Shown piece after piece: positions 60,884 through 64,000 of a stretch of 64,000 nucleotides of DNA. The translations under genes and the position numbers were made by a program. This stretch comes from Gammaproteobacteria bacterium. Its GTDB lineage: Bacteria; Pseudomonadota; Gammaproteobacteria; DSM-16500. The notes under the pieces were generated by a model. It had not been told where the DNA came from. It saw only the letters and a list, made by a program, of their open reading frames with translations, and made no database searches. How positions within the stretch are numbered: position 1 is the stretch's first letter; each line of letters starts with the position of its first letter. The DNA lies in assembly GCA_013287765.1 (NCBI GenBank), contig JABDDD010000001.1, positions 8,842-72,841 of the forward strand, read 5' to 3'.

Positions 60884-61308
60884 GTTGTAGTTCCCTCTCT
60901 CATCAGCCCCCGAACGTTATAATCATTAAACACATAGAAGAAACTAGTAGTCGGTTGTACACCCCGGAACGTTATAATTAAAAGCACGCACACCGTAGTG
61001 ATGAGTGAGTTGTAGTTCCCTCTCTCACCCCGGAACGTTATAATGCTACATATAAAATTGTGAGTAGTGGTACGGTTGTAGTTCCCTCTCTCACCCCGGA
61101 ACGTTATAATGTTATGGTTGGAGAAGTGACTGAGGCTCCTGTTGTAGTTCCCTCTCTCACCCCGGAACGTTATAATTTATATAAGTGAACTTTGTGTCCG
61201 CATCTAGTTGTAGTTCCCTCTCTCACCCCGGAACGTTATAATAAACCTAAGAAAAAATACTACTTAATGCTGGTTGTAGTTCCCTCTCTCACCCCGGAAC
61301 GTTATAAT
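60884..61308 (+). CRISPR. CRISPR array 1: 7 repeats (5 perfect 36-bp repeats plus 2 degenerate at the left end) and 6 spacers of exactly 30 bp
   Basis: Consensus GTTGTAGTTCCCTCTCTCACCCCGGAACGTTATAAT occurs at 61009, 61075, 61141, 61207 and 61273. Degenerate copies lie at 60884-60923 (40 bp, with a TCAG insertion and one substitution) and 60954-60978 (25 bp, with an 11-bp deletion). Strand orientation is assigned by analogy with the Neisseria meningitidis II-C repeat. Confidence 0.9.
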
Positions 61309-61370
61309 CAACTAGCGACAAGTTAATGATTTTAATATATTTTATCTTAATTTGGCGCTGTTTTTTCATC

Positions 61371-61707
61371 TTAAAACAAGAGCAATTGACTAGCATTTAC
61401 CTTTTTCTCATTAAATTTACGGGTACCCACTAGCAACCTCATACTAGCAAACTGTTTTTCGGTGATTTGCAAATAACGCACCGAACCTTCTCTCGTCTTT
61501 CTAGTCCTTACCTGCCGAATCATAGGGTTCGACTTTTCCTCAACGCTCACAACCATTACTCTTAACAACAGCTGCTTGAGGTGGTTTGAAACCTGCTCCT
61601 GAAAGCCGATTTCGAAGGGTCTGCCTTCATCTTCTATAAAGCTTAAAGTTTAGCTTCCTGCTGCTAATACTTGTCCCTCGTAATCCGCAGCGCACTATAA
61701 TGTTCAT
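61371..61707 (-). pseudogene. cas2: cas2 remnant (type II-like), disrupted by at least two frameshifts
   Basis: The C-terminal frame reads ...[52 protein letters not shown]. From memory, this matches the type II Cas2 C-terminus (S. pyogenes ...[33 protein letters not shown]...). A middle segment in another frame reads [18 protein letters not shown] (GF...Q..V pattern). The N-terminal ATG at 61707 is in a third frame and stops at 61627. The span is 337 nt, which is not a multiple of 3. Confidence 0.6.
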
Positions 61708-61811
61708 TATCGATCACTTAATAAGCGTGAATTTATTTATTATTCTTTTTGTTAAAGTGCCTATTGTATAATATGTAATCTATTTAATAAATGTAAACGA
61801 AAACACTTTTT

Positions 61812-63023
61812 TTATTTAATATTATTAATAGATTTTTTTAATTCTTTAGCAAATGCTTTATTTGGATTATCTCTAATATATTTTTCAGCAATTTGGTATC
61901 GTATTTGATCGTTTGATGCTTCTTTTAATTGTTGAGCAGTATTTAACGTAATGTTGCTAGTAAACAACCAACGTACATTTAATTTAAAAAAACTATATCT
62001 TGAGTGGCCAATATCAATATTTAGTAAATTGTTTTTGAAATTTTTGTATTGATCCATGGCATTATTTAAAGTTGCTTTTGTTAACACCGACATTGGCACA
62101 TTTGATTTCTCTTCTATATCATCGCAAGATAATTTTTCGCTGGGAGCCACTAAATTATTATATTTATCAACACAAAATTTTATTGCTTCTTTTAATGATG
62201 GTCTTTTTTTAGGATTGACATCAATCATCTGAGAATAAAGACTTTCTAATCTATCTTCTGCAAGTATGTCCCCATCAAACCCTGAACCAAAATGTTTCCA
62301 ATAAAGAAGCCAATCTTGAGAAAATTTCAGAAGTTGTCCTAAGGAATAAACATCTTGGCTTGGATCCGCAGGAATTTTAGCTGCTAATTCTGGTGGTAAA
62401 TGCCATGATTCCTTTGCCCACTTTCCTGATGTCAAATCCGTTTTTGAGTTTAAGTTATTTTTTAATTTTCTAGCGAGTCCGAAATCGCAAAAAAATATTT
62501 TTCCGTTTTTATCCATGCATAAATTTGCGTCTTTTATATCCCCATGTACAATTCCGTGTTTGACATGTAATTTCTGCGCTTCTTTTAATATAGAAATATA
62601 AAATTTTAAAAATTCTTTAAAATTTGCAAACTTAGGTTTGTTATCTCTTACGAAGATTGTTTTATTTAAACTTGGCGGTAGTTTCTTCATTAATAGATAA
62701 ATATTTGCTTGATCATTTTTATCAACTTTTCCTATTCCAAGGTACAATTTATTTAATTCCGCTTCATGCTCAATATCTGCTATTTCCTCAGGAGAAAGAA
62801 TTCTTCCACTCTCGGAGATCTTTTTTACAGCAGTTTCTACGTCTTTTATGGTTTTGAAAAGACTAACAATCCCGCATGCTCCGCTTCCATAATCATCATC
62901 ATTTTTCAAACTAATGGTTGATTCATCAATATAAAATGATGAATCCCTATCGATTCTTAAATTTTCTTTTTTCTTTTTGTAATCTTGACTGTCTTTACTT
63001 ACATATTGGAAAGATGATTGCAT
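61812..63023 (-). CDS. eukaryotic-like (Hanks-type) Ser/Thr protein kinase with an uncharacterised ~100-aa C-terminal domain
   Basis: Gly-loop GSGACGIVSLFK, beta3 Lys in AVKKI, catalytic loop HGIVHGDIKDANLCMD, DFG in FCDFGLAR, PPELA (APE-like), and DVYSLGQLL; 403 aa. Confidence 0.8.
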   Translation of the reverse strand: MQSSFQYVSKDSQDYKKKKENLRIDRDSSFYIDESTISLKNDDDYGSGACGIVSLFKTIKDVETAVKKISESGRILSPEEIADIEHEAELNKLYLGIGKVDKNDQANIYLLMKKLPPSLNKTIFVRDNKPKFANFKEFLKFYISILKEAQKLHVKHGIVHGDIKDANLCMDKNGKIFFCDFGLARKLKNNLNSKTDLTSGKWAKESWHLPPELAAKIPADPSQDVYSLGQLLKFSQDWLLYWKHFGSGFDGDILAEDRLESLYSQMIDVNPKKRPSLKEAIKFCVDKYNNLVAPSEKLSCDDIEEKSNVPMSVLTKATLNNAMDQYKNFKNNLLNIDIGHSRYSFFKLNVRWLFTSNITLNTAQQLKEASNDQIRYQIAEKYIRDNPNKAFAKELKKSINNIK

Positions 63024-63053
63024 AGGAAATTTCCCCCTTATTAGTTTCAGGAA

Positions 63054-63086
63054 ATTATAACAATATAATATTAAGAGAATATTATG
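63054..63086 (-). promoter_or_regulatory. candidate PmrA-box promoter of the kinase gene
   Basis: The minus strand reads cATAATATT-ct-cTTAATATT-atattgt-TATAAT. That is two 11-bp-phased half-sites resembling the Legionella/Coxiella PmrA element (cTTAATatT-N2-cTTAATatT), placed 7 bp upstream of a perfect -10. An AAGGGGG RBS and ATG 63023 follow. Confidence 0.45.
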
Positions 63087-63206
63087 TAATATATAAAAGT
63101 TTTTAATTATTTGATTTTATTTGATATTTTTGTTTAAAAAATTATTTTCGATAATGAGCATTATGATAGCAATGGATAGCTGTATAAATAATAACATTGT
63201 AAAAAA

Positions 63207-63512
63207 TCAAATAGATGATTGAGCTTGATGGCGAACAAAAACTTTAATTTTCACGTGCTTACGCTTTTTTTCTTCTTTATAGAGATCATATTGCTGTTGT
63301 AAATTAAGCCAACTCTCAGGTGTAGTTGAAAAAGCTTTACCAAGTCGAATAGCCATGCCAGGGCTAACGCCAAACTTCCCGTTCACAAGCTCAGAAAGAG
63401 ATTTACGAGACACCCCTATTCCTTTAGCTACATCAGAAATAGTTAATTCAAGTGGTTCAAGATATAACTCTTTTAATATTTCACCAGGATGTGGTGGATT
63501 ATACATATGCAT
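63207..63512 (-). CDS. higA: HigA-family antitoxin (XRE HTH)
   Basis: MHMYNPPHPGEILKELYLEPLELTISDVAKGIGVSRKSLSELVNGK..GVSPGMAIRLGKAF is the typical HigA antidote sequence. It lies downstream of higB. Confidence 0.85.
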   Translation of the reverse strand: MHMYNPPHPGEILKELYLEPLELTISDVAKGIGVSRKSLSELVNGKFGVSPGMAIRLGKAFSTTPESWLNLQQQYDLYKEEKKRKHVKIKVFVRHQAQSSI

Positions 63513-63538
63513 ATTTTATCCTTTGTTAAACATTTATT

Positions 63539-63817
63539 TTAATGATAGTCAATATAATCAACATCGTAAGCATTCTCATTTTTAAAACGAAATATCACTC
63601 GCCAGTTTCCATTAACTTTGACAGACCAGTAGTCTTTTTTATCTCCTTTTAAGGGGTGTAAATTTGAGCCTGGAAAGTCCATGTCTTGTATATCAACGCT
63701 AGTATTAAGTTTAGCAATTATCAGCCTTAACTTTGTCATATGTTTAGGGTTAATTTTGGCAGATTTTCCTTTTAAGAAAAACTGCTCTAAACCCTTATGC
63801 TTAAAATTTATAATCAT
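63539..63817 (-). CDS. higB: HigB-family toxin (RelE/ParE superfamily, plasmid maintenance killer)
   Basis: MIINFKHKGLEQFFLKGKSAKINPKHMTKLRLIIAKL...LHPLKGDKKDYWSVKVNGNWRVIFRF is the typical HigB pattern. Toxin-first gene order is characteristic of higBA. Confidence 0.85.
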   Translation of the reverse strand: MIINFKHKGLEQFFLKGKSAKINPKHMTKLRLIIAKLNTSVDIQDMDFPGSNLHPLKGDKKDYWSVKVNGNWRVIFRFKNENAYDVDYIDYH

Positions 63818-63822
63818 AGCTA

Positions 63823-63851
63823 AATGTAACGTATTACGTGACGAGTGTCAA
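63823..63851 (-). promoter_or_regulatory. candidate sigma70 promoter/operator of higBA
   Basis: The minus strand reads TTGACA-N17-TACATT, with an ACGTA-n-TACGT palindrome in the spacer. The -10 ends about 6 nt before the higB ATG and no SD is visible, so the transcript would be leaderless. Confidence 0.3.
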
Positions 63852-63933
63852 TTATTATTTATTTTTTTGCTTACTTGAGATAAATTAAAAATGTGGTGCA
63901 GCATAAAAAATATACCATATAAATTAAGATTGA

Positions 63934-64000
63934 GTAACGGTTCCCTCTCTCACCCCGGAACGTTATAATAAAACAATTATAGCGTAAAGATCAGGATGGG
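63934..64000 (+). CRISPR. CRISPR array 2 (first repeat plus one spacer; continues beyond the window)
   Basis: GTAACGGTTCCCTCTCTCACCCCGGAACGTTATAAT at 63934-63969 matches 32 of 36 consensus positions; positions 3-6 at the 5' end have diverged. A 30-bp spacer follows, and the last base of the window (G at 64000) is where the next GTTGTAG... repeat would start. Confidence 0.6.

Larger units (their letters stand above)
56029..64000. mobile_element. tRNA-Arg-associated genomic island (left end only; the right end lies beyond the window)
   Basis: A P4-type integrase lies directly next to the 3' end of tRNA-Arg. The cargo includes an excisionase-like HTH, a CsrA paralog, a second recombinase, TA and CRISPR elements, and orphan ORFs. 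The region is visibly more AT-rich than the flanking core genes. I found no attR copy of the tRNA 3' end inside the window. Confidence 0.6.

Noticed and set aside
61371-61568. A 65-aa ORF from the track, considered as a stand-alone small gene next to the CRISPR array.
   Set aside because: It starts at a non-ATG codon. Its frame continues upstream as Cas2-like sequence without a start. I interpret it as the C-terminal fragment of a frameshifted cas2, not an independent gene.

Overview
This is a 64 kb, AT-rich gammaproteobacterial window. The gene content and regulatory signals suggest a Legionellales-type intracellular bacterium, but that is my inference, not a database result. All product calls come from reading motifs in the supplied translations by eye; no searches were run.

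Positions 1-56,000 are conserved chromosome. They carry ftsK (partial), trxB, infA, clpS-clpA, icd, mnmA, purB, lpxK-msbA, dapD-dapE, tRNA-Ser, the 4.5S/SRP RNA, dnaX, ybaB-recR, apaG, mpl, a PAS histidine kinase with a FixJ-type regulator, a glycosyltransferase pair, a phosphofructokinase, apbC, dcd, scpA-scpB-rluB, mutS, cinA-recA-alaS-lysC-csrA, and a tRNA-Ser/Arg/Arg cluster.

Interspersed among these are orphan, effector-like ORFs. They include a protein ending in a CaaX prenylation box, a eukaryote-like cytochrome P450 wedged into dnaX-ybaB-recR, and several coiled-coil or membrane proteins. Two families of palindromic repeat elements are also present.

From 56,029 to the window end lies a more AT-rich island integrated next to tRNA-Arg. 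It carries a P4-type integrase, an excisionase-like HTH protein, a CsrA paralog, a second tyrosine recombinase and a membrane ORF.

The most interesting region is a decayed Neisseria-type (II-C-like) CRISPR locus inside this island:
- A 7-repeat array with 36-bp repeats and 30-bp spacers, where each repeat ends in TATAAT.
- A frameshifted cas2 remnant facing that array.
- No cas1 or cas9. Their expected position holds a eukaryotic-like Ser/Thr kinase with a PmrA-box-like promoter, plus a higBA toxin-antitoxin pair.
- A second array of the same repeat that starts at 63,934 and runs off the window edge.
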